64,000 nt of DNA from Nitrospinaceae bacterium (GCA_965223665.1 OZ245011.1:2048001-2112000), one strand, 5' to 3'; positions 1 to 10,746 are shown, numbered from the stretch's first letter. The notes: generated by a model not told the origin, from the letters alone. A program made the numbers and translations.

Positions 1-25
1 TTTTTCTGACTTTTAGATCGACCAT
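1..25 (-). CDS. 5' end of a gene running off the window (MVDLKVRK...), possibly an AbrB/MazE-type antitoxin
   Basis: AGGAG RBS then ATG at 25 on the minus strand. The N-terminus resembles the LKVRKxGNS start of AbrB/MazE proteins, but only 8 codons are visible. Confidence 0.4.
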
Positions 26-49
26 AATACAAACTCCTATTGTTATAAT

Positions 50-80
50 TAATGTTATAACATTAGGAAAAAACTGTCAA
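50..80 (-). promoter_or_regulatory. Sigma70-like promoter with a perfect 16-bp palindromic operator
   Basis: TTGACA on minus at 75-80, 17-bp spacer, TAACAT at 52-57. The palindrome TAATGTTATAACATTA (50-65) overlaps the -10. Confidence 0.55.
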
Positions 81-237
81 GCTTGAGGGTTACCGATCCC
101 GATCTTTAATCTTGTCATGTTTCCCTGTTCTTTCTTACTCCAAGAACGTTTTCGAGAATGAATGCCAGGTGTAACGTCACGTTTCGTGCCGAGAGAATTT
201 TTCTAAATCATTAACTCGAAATGTTTTTCTTGCTATT

Positions 238-1251
238 TTACTCTCCCATTTGATCGAGTTTGCGTTCCAACTCCTGGACTTTTTGATGAATCGGTAAGTG
301 TTGGTAGATGATTTGCGCTTTGAGGTAAGCTTTGAGTGCCGCAGGTTTGTCGCCCTGCTGTTCGTAAAGTTTGCCGATGTGAACCCAGTCTTCCGCCACG
401 CGAGGATGATACTCTCCGTAGGTTTTCTGATTGCTGACGAGGGCACGCTCAAAATGTTCCATTGCTTTCTCAGTCTCGCCCTTTATTTGCAGAGCCTGTC
501 CCATGTGCGTCCAACCCATTGCCACGCTGGGATGCTCCCTGCCAAAAGCGGCCAGGTCGATGGCCAACGCTTTTTCATACGCAGCAAGGGCTTTGTCGAT
601 GTCGCCCTTATCCTGCCAGGCGGATCCCAAATTGTTTAAACCAATCGCGACATTGGGATGATCCTCCCCCAACGTGTTGCGCCAACTTTGTGTGGCCTTC
701 TGATAATAACCAATGGCGCGATCGTAATCGTGCTTGAGTTTCCAGGCCATTCCCAGGTTGTTCCAATCGCGTGCCACGCTGGGATGGTTTTGACCCAATG
801 TTTTGAGATCGCTCGCGAGCGCTTTATCAAAATAGGCAATCGCCTGATCGTAGTTTCCTTTATCTTCCCAGGCGGTTCCCAAAAGATTATAAAGGTGTGC
901 CACGTCCTGATGCTCGCTTCCATAAACAGGTTCCGCCTGCGCCAACGCTTTCTCGAAATATTCAATCGCCTTGGCCGAGGCCCCCTGCTCCAGCGACTCC
1001 ATGCCCAGATCAAGATAATGATTCATTTTAGCAACCGCATCTGTTGACGCGTCGCCGCTATTGCTACTGGATTCAGGTTTCTGTCTATCGCTGGCAGGAG
1101 GATCCGTGAGAGGTGCCGCTTCATCCGGAACCTGTTGGTCACTAGCCGATGGTGCTGTCGTATTCGTGTTAGATGCTTTCTGTGTTCCCGCACACCCGTT
1201 CAGTAGAAAGGCGGTGGCGAAAATTAATGTAATAAATAGTTTGTGTCTCAT
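238..1251 (-). CDS. TPR-repeat lipoprotein (42-aa kinesin-light-chain-type repeats)
   Basis: Lipobox LNGC, Pro/Ser linker, repeats GxxHPxVAxxWNNLGxAW. Confidence 0.88.
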   Translation of the reverse strand: MRHKLFITLIFATAFLLNGCAGTQKASNTNTTAPSASDQQVPDEAAPLTDPPASDRQKPESSSNSGDASTDAVAKMNHYLDLGMESLEQGASAKAIEYFEKALAQAEPVYGSEHQDVAHLYNLLGTAWEDKGNYDQAIAYFDKALASDLKTLGQNHPSVARDWNNLGMAWKLKHDYDRAIGYYQKATQSWRNTLGEDHPNVAIGLNNLGSAWQDKGDIDKALAAYEKALAIDLAAFGREHPSVAMGWTHMGQALQIKGETEKAMEHFERALVSNQKTYGEYHPRVAEDWVHIGKLYEQQGDKPAALKAYLKAQIIYQHLPIHQKVQELERKLDQMGE

Positions 1252-2903
1252 AAGTCCCTCTGCAGGTTCATTTTTTTCCGGAGTGTTTTGATCCGCTGTT
1301 CCAGACCATTAACCTTTTGTTCTATCCCAGATTTTGAGTATATCTCTAACGCTTTTTGGTAAGCTTCCAAAGCGGCATCATATTCACCTTGCCATTCATA
1401 ATTTCGTGCCAGGTTGTACCAATTATCAGCAATTCGGGAGTGATTTTTTCCAAGTGTTTTCAAATTACTGGATAAGGCTTTAGTTAAATACTCAATTGAT
1501 TTTTCGAAATGGCCCTTTCTTCCCCAAGCGGTTCCTAAATTATTCCAATCACGAGCTACTCTGGGATTATCTTCGCCAAAATTTTTTAAATCACTAGCCA
1601 GAGCTTTTTCCATATACTCAACCGCTTTGTCAAACTCCCCTTTACTCTGCCAAACCAGTCCCAGGTTGTTCCAACGAGTGGCAACATGTGGGTGGCTCTC
1701 CCCTAAGTTTTTAATATCGCTCGCCAGACTTTTTTCTAAATACGCAATACCTTCGTCATAATTACCTTTAAGCTGCAATATATATCCTATGTTTCCCCAA
1801 TCTCGGGCAACACTCGGATGGCCTTCCCCTAAGGCCTTGAGGTCAATAGCTAAAGCCTTGTGTAAGTACTCCTCAGCTTTGTCAAATTCACCTTTTCCTT
1901 GCCAGGCCAGTCCCAGGTTGTTCCAAACAACTGCAACATGCGGATGGTTTTCTCCATAAGTTTTCAAATCGCTTTCCAATGCCATTTCATAATATTCAAT
2001 CGCTTTATCATACCTTTCCCTATTACTCCAGGCCAAGCCTAAATTATTCCTGGAGGTACTTACTCTAGGATGAGTATCCCCCAAAGCAGTCCGAAAACTA
2101 TTCAGTGCCTTTTCAAAATATTCAATTGCTTTTTTCGGATCTTCAATTGCCAGCCAATACCGTCCCAGATCACTCCAATCTTCAGCGACATAAAGGTGTT
2201 CCTCCCCAAAATTCCTTAAATCATTAGCAAGAGCTTTTTCAAAATAATGTTTTGCTTTTTCGTAATCCCCTTTAGCTTGCCAAACGGCTCCTAAACTGCT
2301 CCAATCCTTTGCAACATTTGAATGATCCTTTCCAAAATTTTTTAAATTAATATCCAGTGCTTGTTCTAAAAATTCAATTGCCTTTTCGTGGTTACCTTTT
2401 TTGGACCAGGCCATTCCCAAATAATTCCAATCTACAGCAACCTCCGGATGATTCTCACCATAATTTCTCACATCATAACTCCAGGTTTTTTCAAAGAAAT
2501 GTATGGCTTTATCGTAATCACCTAAAGCAAACCAGGCGATTCCAAGATTAAAACTATTGACCGCAACCTGATAACTATACTTCCCAAATTTTTCAAGGTT
2601 GTGTGACAAAGCTTTCTCATGATAAAAAACAGCCTTGTTATAGTTACCCTTTTCTCTCCATGCGACTCCTATAAAATTCCAAAGATTTGAGACATCCGGA
2701 TGATCTTTTCCATGCTGTTGGAGATGGTCGGCTAACTCTTTTTCGAAAAAAGCAATCGCCTCATCGTAACGCGCTTCCTCAATATACTTTTCACCTAATG
2801 ACTTGGAAGACTCTGCGTCAGAAGACCTCTGCGTCCCGGCACAGCCGTGAAGCAGCAAAGTCGCTGCAACTAAAAATGTAAAAATAATTTTTGCGTTAAT
2901 CAT
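1248..2903 (-). CDS. TPR-repeat lipoprotein
   Basis: Lipobox LHGC, about 11-12 TPR units. Start moved from 2963 to ATG 2903 (or 2909) by signal peptide and paralogy. Confidence 0.88.
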   Translation of the reverse strand: MINAKIIFTFLVAATLLLHGCAGTQRSSDAESSKSLGEKYIEEARYDEAIAFFEKELADHLQQHGKDHPDVSNLWNFIGVAWREKGNYNKAVFYHEKALSHNLEKFGKYSYQVAVNSFNLGIAWFALGDYDKAIHFFEKTWSYDVRNYGENHPEVAVDWNYLGMAWSKKGNHEKAIEFLEQALDINLKNFGKDHSNVAKDWSSLGAVWQAKGDYEKAKHYFEKALANDLRNFGEEHLYVAEDWSDLGRYWLAIEDPKKAIEYFEKALNSFRTALGDTHPRVSTSRNNLGLAWSNRERYDKAIEYYEMALESDLKTYGENHPHVAVVWNNLGLAWQGKGEFDKAEEYLHKALAIDLKALGEGHPSVARDWGNIGYILQLKGNYDEGIAYLEKSLASDIKNLGESHPHVATRWNNLGLVWQSKGEFDKAVEYMEKALASDLKNFGEDNPRVARDWNNLGTAWGRKGHFEKSIEYLTKALSSNLKTLGKNHSRIADNWYNLARNYEWQGEYDAALEAYQKALEIYSKSGIEQKVNGLEQRIKTLRKKMNLQRDL

Positions 2904-3013
2904 ATTCATCAATATCTTTTTCGATGGATCTTCGGATGTAACCAATTCCGGACTTCCTCGCAATTTCCAAAGCCTGCTCTAAATACCCTAATCCTATTTT
3001 GAGATTACCTTCT
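2896..3013 (-). pseudogene. Orphan 3' end of a paralogue of the 5905-6762 TPR gene
   Basis: Reads EGNLKIGLGYLEQALEIARKSGIGYIRRSIEKDIDEYD*, versus KKGLDYLEQALEIAKKSGIGYVRRSIEKDIDKYD* at the end of the 285-aa ORF. No start codon. Confidence 0.8.
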
Positions 3014-3029
3014 TATAACTTAAACGTTT

Positions 3030-5912
3030 TCAAAGTTTGTTAATTTGCTGACGCGCAATTGAAATATTTTCCAATATCTCTTCAACCTCCGGGTGAGAAT
3101 CATCTAAAGTTTTTCGATAAACAGTCAACGCTTTTTCAAAATAAGAGATGGCTTTCTCAAATTCTCCTTTGTCGAAAAAAACTTTTCCAATGTTATTCAT
3201 TTGGAATGCCACATCCGGATGATCCTCCCCCAGGGTTTTTCTATGCAGTTCCAAACTCTTTTCCAAATAGCTTTCGGCTTTGTCTAAATCTCCTTTTTGA
3301 TACCAAGTTTGTCCCAGAATTAGATATTCCACTGGAACGTCGGGGTGGTTTTCGCCAAAATTTTTTAAATTGCTGTTCAAAGCTTTTTCTAAATAGGAAA
3401 CTGCTTTTTCCAAATTCCCTTTAAGAAGCCACATAGAACCGAGATTAGCCCAATCGGCTGCGACTGTTGAATGATCCTCTCCCCAAAATGCTTGGTGAAT
3501 AGCTAATCCCTTTTCCATATTACTAATAGCTTTATCAAACTCGCCTTTATTGCCCCAGGCCACTCCTAAAGCCGTCCAAATGCTACCAATATCAGGATGA
3601 TCTTCACCATAAGTTTTAATCATAGGGATCAGTGCCTTTTTATAATACTCAATCGCTTTATCATGCTGACCAATATTATCTAGAGCTTCACCCAAATTAT
3701 TCCATTTCACGGCCACTTGCGGATTATCTTCCCCCAAGTTTTTAAGGTCGCTTGCTATCGCCTTTTCGTAATACTCAATCGCTTTTCTATAGTTTTCTAA
3801 ATTAGACCAAACAACGCCCAGGTTGTTCCATACGATTGCTACTTGAGGATGGTCTGGGCCAAAATTTTTCAAGGTGCTTTCCAAAGCTTTTTCTAAATAC
3901 TCTATGGCTTTTTCATTTTCACCTTTTTTCCCTAAAGTTTCCCCAATATTGTTCCAGTCTCTTGCAACACTAGGGTGACCTTCGCCAAAGTTTTTAAGGT
4001 CAGCTGCAAGGGCTTTTTCAAAATGCATCAAGGCCTTTTCATAATTTCCTCTTCCAGACCAAACAGCCCCCATTAAGCTATCAACTTGGCTTTTGTCAGC
4101 CGGGTCCCCCTCAGGGGTGTTGAATTTCTTATCTAGTTTTTTACCCATTAGGGAATAGAGTCTGTCTCCGTGACCTGCTTCAATATAAGCCCGCAAAAAC
4201 TCTTGTTTACTTTTTATTTCCGGATGGCTTTTCGCAAACGCTCCCATATGTTTACGCAATTCTTCCTCTTCAGCTTGAAGTTCCGGATCAATATCACTTG
4301 AGCCCATTTCCAGCTCAGGGTTGAGACCTTTTGAATCCCATTTAAGTTGATTGTCTCCAAGAAAATCAACCTTTGTTTTGGAATTATTAGAGCCCTTGTT
4401 AAATTTATTTTTTCGATTTTTAAGTTTTAAAAATTCAGAGACAATCTCCTCATTCTCTGTTTTTTCCATAGGAGAATTTTTATCTGCTTGTTCACTCTCT
4501 TCTATGTTGTCAGTAATTTCCGGGCTCAAATTATTTGATTCAATGGCTTGTTCAGCTTCTCTAATTTGTTGCCTGAGAAAACCTATATCCGGATGATCTT
4601 CCTTCTGGTAAAAAAGGTTAACAGCCAGTGCATTTTTAAAATAATCGACTGCTTTAAAGTATTCTTTCTTTGCTATCCAATTCGTTCCCAAAGATTTTTG
4701 AACAGAAGCCACCTGAGGATGGTCACTGCCCAGGATTTTCATATCGTTTTCCAAAGCGCTTTCTAAATACTCAATGGATTTATTATTGTCTCCCATTATA
4801 TAAAAAATATTCCCCAGAGCTTTTTGACCTCTAGAAATATTTAGATGCCCTTCCTTGTAAACATTTTGATCATGAGCTAAGGCTTTTTCATAATAAGAAA
4901 TGGCCTTCTGTGTATCATTTTTTTCTTGCCAATACTTACCCAAACTTAACCATAGTTCAGACACTCTCAGAGGAAGCTTTCCCATCCCATTGATACCGTT
5001 TTCAACCTTTTCAAAAAAGCTAGCAGCTTTGTCTTCCTCATCTCTCAAAAACCAAACCTCTCCCAAATAGCTATAATCCAGAAATACGTTAAAATGATTT
5101 TCGCCGAAATTTTTTAAATCACTGCTTAAAGCTTTCTCAAAGTATTCTGTTGCTGGAATCAAATCACCTTTGTCCTTATTTGCTAATCCAAGGTACTTCC
5201 AATCTCGCGCAACTCTGGAATGATTTTCTCCAAAATTCTTAAGATCAATAGCCAAAGCCGACTCTAAATATTCTAATTCCTGGACCCTGTCTCCTTTAAA
5301 GTTCCAAACCTTTCCTATATTTATATATATATCCGCCATGTAGGAATGATCTTCCAGAAAGGCATTTGAAGTACTCTTTAAAGCTTCTTTAAAATATTCG
5401 ATAGCCAACTCAAGGTCCATCATTAAAAAATAAACCTTACCCAGTTCGTTCCAATCCCGAGCTACATTGAGATGGTCTTTGCCAAAATGTTTCACATCGC
5501 TGGCTAAAGCTTTCTCCAAATATTCAACCGCCTTATCATATTGCCCTTTTTCCCGCCACACTTGTCCAAGGTAATTCCAATCGGTGGCGACTTCTGGATG
5601 GTCTTCTCCATAATCCTTGAGATGGGCCGCCAACTCTTTTTCGAAAAAGGCAATCGCCTCATCGTAACGCGCTTCCTCAAGGTACTGTTCACCTAACGTT
5701 TTGTTAGAATCTTCCGGATCAATGTGAAAGGTTTCTTTATTGGGTTTGTCAACTTCTTTAGGTATGGGAGGATTGGAATCATTCGTTGAAGAAGCTGGAC
5801 CAGATTGGAGGGACTTAGAAACATCGTCACTATTCTTCTGTGTCCCCGCACAACCGTTCATAAGAAAAGTCGCTGCAACTAATAATGTAAAAATAACTTT
5901 TGAGTTAATCAT
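3030..5912 (-). CDS. Large two-block TPR lipoprotein
   Basis: Lipobox MNGC, two TPR blocks separated by a linker. True start is ATG 5912, overlapping the upstream stop (ATGATTAA). Confidence 0.88.
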   Translation of the reverse strand: MINSKVIFTLLVAATFLMNGCAGTQKNSDDVSKSLQSGPASSTNDSNPPIPKEVDKPNKETFHIDPEDSNKTLGEQYLEEARYDEAIAFFEKELAAHLKDYGEDHPEVATDWNYLGQVWREKGQYDKAVEYLEKALASDVKHFGKDHLNVARDWNELGKVYFLMMDLELAIEYFKEALKSTSNAFLEDHSYMADIYINIGKVWNFKGDRVQELEYLESALAIDLKNFGENHSRVARDWKYLGLANKDKGDLIPATEYFEKALSSDLKNFGENHFNVFLDYSYLGEVWFLRDEEDKAASFFEKVENGINGMGKLPLRVSELWLSLGKYWQEKNDTQKAISYYEKALAHDQNVYKEGHLNISRGQKALGNIFYIMGDNNKSIEYLESALENDMKILGSDHPQVASVQKSLGTNWIAKKEYFKAVDYFKNALAVNLFYQKEDHPDIGFLRQQIREAEQAIESNNLSPEITDNIEESEQADKNSPMEKTENEEIVSEFLKLKNRKNKFNKGSNNSKTKVDFLGDNQLKWDSKGLNPELEMGSSDIDPELQAEEEELRKHMGAFAKSHPEIKSKQEFLRAYIEAGHGDRLYSLMGKKLDKKFNTPEGDPADKSQVDSLMGAVWSGRGNYEKALMHFEKALAADLKNFGEGHPSVARDWNNIGETLGKKGENEKAIEYLEKALESTLKNFGPDHPQVAIVWNNLGVVWSNLENYRKAIEYYEKAIASDLKNLGEDNPQVAVKWNNLGEALDNIGQHDKAIEYYKKALIPMIKTYGEDHPDIGSIWTALGVAWGNKGEFDKAISNMEKGLAIHQAFWGEDHSTVAADWANLGSMWLLKGNLEKAVSYLEKALNSNLKNFGENHPDVPVEYLILGQTWYQKGDLDKAESYLEKSLELHRKTLGEDHPDVAFQMNNIGKVFFDKGEFEKAISYFEKALTVYRKTLDDSHPEVEEILENISIARQQINKL

Positions 5913-6762
5913 ATTTATCAATATCTTTTTCGATGGATCGTCGGACGTAACCAATTCCGGACTTCTTCGCGATTTCCAGAGCCTGCTCCAAATAATCCAA
6001 ACCTTTTTTCGTTTCGCCCTTTTCAGCCCACACTCTACCCAAACCACTTAAATCCCATGCAACATCTGGGTGATCTTTTCCCAGGTTTTTCAAATCGCTT
6101 ATATATGCTTTCTCATAATAACCTAAGGCTTTATCGAAGGACTTCTTTTTTTCCCAGGCCAAACCGATTGCAAACCAATTTCTAGCCACTACTTGGTGAT
6201 CCTTTCCAAAACTGTTAATATTGCTGGCGAGAGCTTTCTCAAAATACTCAAGCGCTTTATCATAACCACCTTTTTTTCCCAACACTCTTCCTATATTGCT
6301 CCAGTCTTGCGCAACTTTAGGGTGATCTTGGTCCAAGTGTTTCAGATCAGTTGCGAGAGCTTTTTTAAAATGGATAAGAGACTTATCATAATTGCCTTTT
6401 GCTAACCAAATGGTCCCCATAAATTTATCCACTTGGCTTTTTTCCTCCGGATCCGCATCTTCGGCATCAAATTTCCTTTCTAATTTTTTACCCATAAAAG
6501 AATAAAGTTTATCTCCGTGGCCTGCCTCAACATAGGCCCTTAATAACTCACGCTTTCCTTTAAGTTCCGGATGGCTTTTTGCAAACGCTGCCATATGATT
6601 TCGTATCTCTTCTTCAGCGGCAAACTCCGAATTTTCTGAGCTCTCCCCACGGCCAGCAACCTCAGATGTACTTGTTGCATTAGCAGGTTTTTTTCCTCCG
6701 GCACAACCGTGAAAAAAAATTGCAGCGACCACGGTCAAAATAACAATAAGATTCATTCTCAA
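5905..6762 (-). CDS. TPR-repeat lipoprotein
   Basis: Lipobox FHGC, helical domain HMAAFAKSHPE..., about 4 TPR units. Confidence 0.85.
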   Translation of the reverse strand: MRMNLIVILTVVAAIFFHGCAGGKKPANATSTSEVAGRGESSENSEFAAEEEIRNHMAAFAKSHPELKGKRELLRAYVEAGHGDKLYSFMGKKLERKFDAEDADPEEKSQVDKFMGTIWLAKGNYDKSLIHFKKALATDLKHLDQDHPKVAQDWSNIGRVLGKKGGYDKALEYFEKALASNINSFGKDHQVVARNWFAIGLAWEKKKSFDKALGYYEKAYISDLKNLGKDHPDVAWDLSGLGRVWAEKGETKKGLDYLEQALEIAKKSGIGYVRRSIEKDIDKYD

Positions 6763-7120
6763 AGAGTTCTTAAAACATCATCCCTAATAAAATTTTAAAA
6801 GATATTAAGAAGTCCCCAAGCGGGTTAAAAAGGTTACTTATAGTACCGGAAACTGGCCATTCACATTACCTGTTTTGGTGAGGGGAATCAAAATTTTATT
6901 GCGAGGCTCCACGGGTTGGTTAATTTTTCTAAGCCAATCCACAAAAAATATATGGGTACAGAAATGTCTGGTTTTGAGTCTGTCAAAAACCGATTCGAAA
7001 CTTTGTCATAACTTTTAAGACGGCAACATAAAGTTTTTATTAAATATCGGAATGACTCTCTTGCCAAGGACGCGTGAATTTGTAAAATAATCTCATCTAC
7101 CTAAAAAAGAGGAGGTGGCC

Positions 7121-7602
7121 GTGAATGGCATTCGACAAATGTTAGAGATGATTCAGGCGCTCTCGGAAGAGAACGCCACTTTGAAGCGGGAAAACCTGTT
7201 TTTGCAGACGCAAGTGAGCGCGCTAAAAAAATGGGGTTGGTCCAAAAGCCGCGTGGCTCCAAGACCGTAAAAGAGAATCATCCCAAAATCATTCAATTAC
7301 GCCCTAAGGGGAGGCTGGAAGAGGAGGAGGATCGTTGCTTGAAAACAACGAATCCTGATTTTTCGTCTCAACGGGCCTGGCTGGGTCTGGCGTTTCTCAT
7401 CAGCCTTACACTGATAATTACCTCCGGTTTCCACTCGCCACGGTCCAAATGGAATCCGCCGTCGGACATCGTAGAAACTGTATCTTCTCCGGAGCATCAT
7501 CCGGCTTACTACACAAAGCATGTTCCCTTGTGGGTGGCACACCCTTACACTTTTATCGACCCTCCAAATCCGAACGATCCCCCCTGGATTCGCCTCAAAT
7601 AG
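7121..7602 (+). CDS. Coiled-coil + TM hypothetical protein split by a -1 frameshift in an A7 run (7225-7231)
   Basis: RBS AGAGGAGG, GTG 7121. Frame 0 gives ...LSEENATLKRENLFLQTQVSALKK and the -1 frame continues MGLVQKP...KIIQLRP. The join is collinear with intact paralogue 40993-41313. Confidence 0.7.
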
Positions 7603-7828
7603 CAGGCTAACACCTGCAGGTTAAATTGACTTTCCAATAGTCACATTGTTAAAGAACGCTTACAAGATTTTCGAAAGGATTGTGGGTTATTCACCAAGAG
7701 GATATTTTTTCCTCTCACCGGGAACGGTGGGTTTTGGTTTGATAAATCGAGCGTATGATTTATAATTTCATTAAAACTTATTGGGTTCGATACCAATCAT
7801 TTTTAAAAACTTCTTTTGAAAAATTCCC

Positions 7829-8506
7829 ATGCGTCTAATACTAATAATATTCTTAGCCCTTATGTTCCAGGGTTGCGCCCATAATTCAGATGAGTATAAA
7901 CAGGTCGGATTTCAATCCCAGGAAGAAGTCGAACCCTATATGGCCCATAGTCGAACCACGCAATTCTTAGCTAATCATCTAACGAAAGAAGAGTGGAACA
8001 AGTTTTATGATGCCTTTCCGGATTTACGATGGGAAAGAGCTTTCGAAAATAGTTTCAATACTGTGGTCACTCCCAATGGGCCCATAGTCGTTCCCACGGG
8101 CTCACCCGGACCCAATCCCGAACATACAGCATACGCCTGGCGAATGTTCACTATGGAAAGAAAAAAGAAGTGGGATCCGGAAACCATTCGTCGACTGGAT
8201 GCACGTGAATTGGTTATAGGCGACGATATTTTTCAAATCATTTATGCCACAGGCGTTCCAAGATTCGCAACGAATAACAACTATGGAAATCTCATCACAA
8301 TTTTAGCCTATAAACCCGACCTCGCTCTCCTTCTAAGAGAAGGAAAACTGGAATCAGTACATAGCTGCCCGGGATGCTGGGAGTACCAATCGGGAATGGG
8401 GTTATTGGGAACACTTAAGGGCATGAGCGATTATGAAGTCTTCGACAAATTAGATCTCAACGAGATTAAAAAGAAGGGGCTCGCGGGAACCCAGTTTTAC
8501 CATTAG
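7829..8506 (+). CDS. Hypothetical lipoprotein
   Basis: Lipobox FQGC, CPGC motif near the C-terminus. Confidence 0.75.
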   Translation: MRLILIIFLALMFQGCAHNSDEYKQVGFQSQEEVEPYMAHSRTTQFLANHLTKEEWNKFYDAFPDLRWERAFENSFNTVVTPNGPIVVPTGSPGPNPEHTAYAWRMFTMERKKKWDPETIRRLDARELVIGDDIFQIIYATGVPRFATNNNYGNLITILAYKPDLALLLREGKLESVHSCPGCWEYQSGMGLLGTLKGMSDYEVFDKLDLNEIKKKGLAGTQFYH

Positions 8507-8515
8507 GCATTTTGT

Positions 8516-8992
8516 ATGGAATCGCGAAAAATAAAAGAATCGAAATATATCAAAGGAATCGCCTGGTTTTCATTGGTCCATGCAGTCATAACCCATGCTG
8601 AATTATTCTTCAGGCAATGGTCAGAGGTTATATTCGTTTTAGCCAGTATGGGATTGATTGGCGCGATTTTTTTAATCAAGCGAGAGTATTGGGGATTGAT
8701 TATTTTAGCGGTTTATTATTTTCCGCAGATGGTCGTTATTTTCGCTCAGGATTTTTATATAAATTTCGCGGTAGGAATTAAAATTCAATTTTTTCTCCAC
8801 CTCCCTGAAGTTAAACTTGGAATTAATTTTGTGGCGATCGTGATTTTTGTCCTCTGCCTGGAACTGATGTGGGCCAATAGAAACTCTGCTACCGATGAAG
8901 CAGAAACCGAAGAAGCCAAGATTGAAACTACCAACCCCAGCGAGAATGAACTACCAAAAGAAAACCCCAAAGATCCAACCACATCACCCTAA
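8516..8992 (+). CDS. Hypothetical multi-pass membrane protein
   Basis: About 4 hydrophobic segments and an acidic tail. Confidence 0.7.
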   Translation: MESRKIKESKYIKGIAWFSLVHAVITHAELFFRQWSEVIFVLASMGLIGAIFLIKREYWGLIILAVYYFPQMVVIFAQDFYINFAVGIKIQFFLHLPEVKLGINFVAIVIFVLCLELMWANRNSATDEAETEEAKIETTNPSENELPKENPKDPTTSP

Positions 8993-9051
8993 AACTTTTT
9001 TCTATTTAATCCACATCCTAAACGTGATCGAAGGTTCACATCATTCTCTTA

Positions 9052-10746
9052 CTACCTCACATTAAAAGAGCCTGGTGGGGCGGGTTTTTTCTGACGGGGT
9101 TTGGCGACACCGCGCTCCACTAATGCTTTAAGGCGAGCTTCCTCTTTGGCTTTTAAAGCTTCCGGGCTTTTATCGTATTGCTTAAACCGTCGCTGGGCCA
9201 ACGTATAAAACACTCCCGATGTTCCGAACTGATCCATGTAGTCTTTATAGTCCTGCGCGTTTTTACTGTTCTTGATTGCATTCCAAAACTCTTTGTCCAA
9301 CTCCAGTTGAATGGTTGCGGGAGTTTCTTGGGTCGACTTGGAAGCCATCGGCTTCTCTTTTTGTTTCGCATCAAATTTAACTAACGCCAGCGGCAGACGG
9401 CTTTCCAGGTCACCTTTGAAATCGGGAATCTGCGCCGACTTGGTTTTCGTTTTTACTTTTTCACGGACCCATTCATACGCTTCTTTCACATCCACCACGC
9501 CATTTTTTTTGCCGTCGGCAAACCCGTCGACTTCCACCGCCTGGTCCGTCAAGGCTTTAATCAGGTAATAAGTGAAGATGCTTTTCTTTTTATCTGCATC
9601 TTGACTTTGTTCTTTTTGACCAAACTCCTGCGACACCTGCGTGGCACGACTGGAAGTGATGATGTTAATACCTTCGTAAGACTTGCGCAGGTTTTTCAGA
9701 TAATCGTTGACGCTGTTCACTCCCTTGGCCTGCCCCACCGTACCAATGGCACCGCTGTGGCACACATCGGCGATGACCAGTTTGCGTTTCGCACGGTTCT
9801 CACTGATCCACCGGTAAATATCATCCATGCGCATGGAGGTACCCGGCAAATCCGAAGCGTCTGCATCGGACGGTAAAAAGAAAAATCGGTTAGACCGACG
9901 CGGGTCCGGCAGCCCGTGACCGGACAGATAAATCACTACGTAGTCCTGCTCGTCGGCTTCTTCTAAAAACGTTCCAAGGGCGGAACGAATGGAATTTAGA
10001 GTTACATTGTTTCCGGACAAAAACCGAATGTGATCTTCCGGAAAACTTCCGCCCTGTGGACTCTTTAAAAATTTATAAAACGCGGTGGCATCTTCCACCG
10101 GTGACGTCAGATCCGGGATGTTGCCTTTGTAATCCGCCACGCCGATGATCACCGCCCAGCGATCGCCTTTGAAAGCTTTTCTTCTGGATGGCTTCGACCG
10201 GGTTTGGCTTTTCTGTTTTTGCCCAAGGTTCTTTTTTTGATTTGCTAAAGCTTCTTCCAATTCTTTGATTTTAGCCTGGTCTTTTGCTCGGGTTTTCCTG
10301 TGTTCTTCTTTTAACTTATTAAGATTTTCTTTATACGATTTTTCCAAGTTCATTTGCTTGATTCTGACTTCCTTCATTTCCATTTCCAACTCCATGGCCT
10401 TTAACTGGTCTACCCCCTGCACTTCCTGCAATTTTTTCCGAATGTCTGACTCCCTTCTCGCGAGGGCATTTTTATAATCCTGAATCGAGTTGACATCTAT
10501 AGGTTCCCGATTACCATCCAGGGAATCATGGATACGAATTTTATTCTCCACCTTATCACCCATAACCTTGTCGCCGCCAAAGGTATCGCCAATATTAATG
10601 TTTCCTTTATTGTTAACGATATCGCCGGTTTGATTACCGCGGGCCTGAGCGTTCACCTCCTGAGAAATCCCAATCAAAAAACAGGCCAAAACTGCCCCCA
10701 TCAATAAGGATGCTGCCATGGATTGTTTTTGCGGTTCAGGAGTCAT
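9052..10746 (-). CDS. Exported caspase-like (peptidase C14) protein
   Basis: RWAVIIGVADY strand, catalytic SGHG and DVCHSG, SIFTYYL, C-terminal FWNAIKNS...DY...F...A helical repeat, N-terminal signal-like segment and coiled coil. Confidence 0.9.
   Translation of the reverse strand: MTPEPQKQSMAASLLMGAVLACFLIGISQEVNAQARGNQTGDIVNNKGNINIGDTFGGDKVMGDKVENKIRIHDSLDGNREPIDVNSIQDYKNALARRESDIRKKLQEVQGVDQLKAMELEMEMKEVRIKQMNLEKSYKENLNKLKEEHRKTRAKDQAKIKELEEALANQKKNLGQKQKSQTRSKPSRRKAFKGDRWAVIIGVADYKGNIPDLTSPVEDATAFYKFLKSPQGGSFPEDHIRFLSGNNVTLNSIRSALGTFLEEADEQDYVVIYLSGHGLPDPRRSNRFFFLPSDADASDLPGTSMRMDDIYRWISENRAKRKLVIADVCHSGAIGTVGQAKGVNSVNDYLKNLRKSYEGINIITSSRATQVSQEFGQKEQSQDADKKKSIFTYYLIKALTDQAVEVDGFADGKKNGVVDVKEAYEWVREKVKTKTKSAQIPDFKGDLESRLPLALVKFDAKQKEKPMASKSTQETPATIQLELDKEFWNAIKNSKNAQDYKDYMDQFGTSGVFYTLAQRRFKQYDKSPEALKAKEEARLKALVERGVAKPRQKKPAPPGSFNVR

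Noticed and set aside
5913-6047. Extended N-termini of ORFs 3030-6047, 1248-2963, 36553-40716 and 50046-50882
   Set aside because: They overlap upstream genes or precede clear lipoprotein signal peptides, so downstream starts were chosen.
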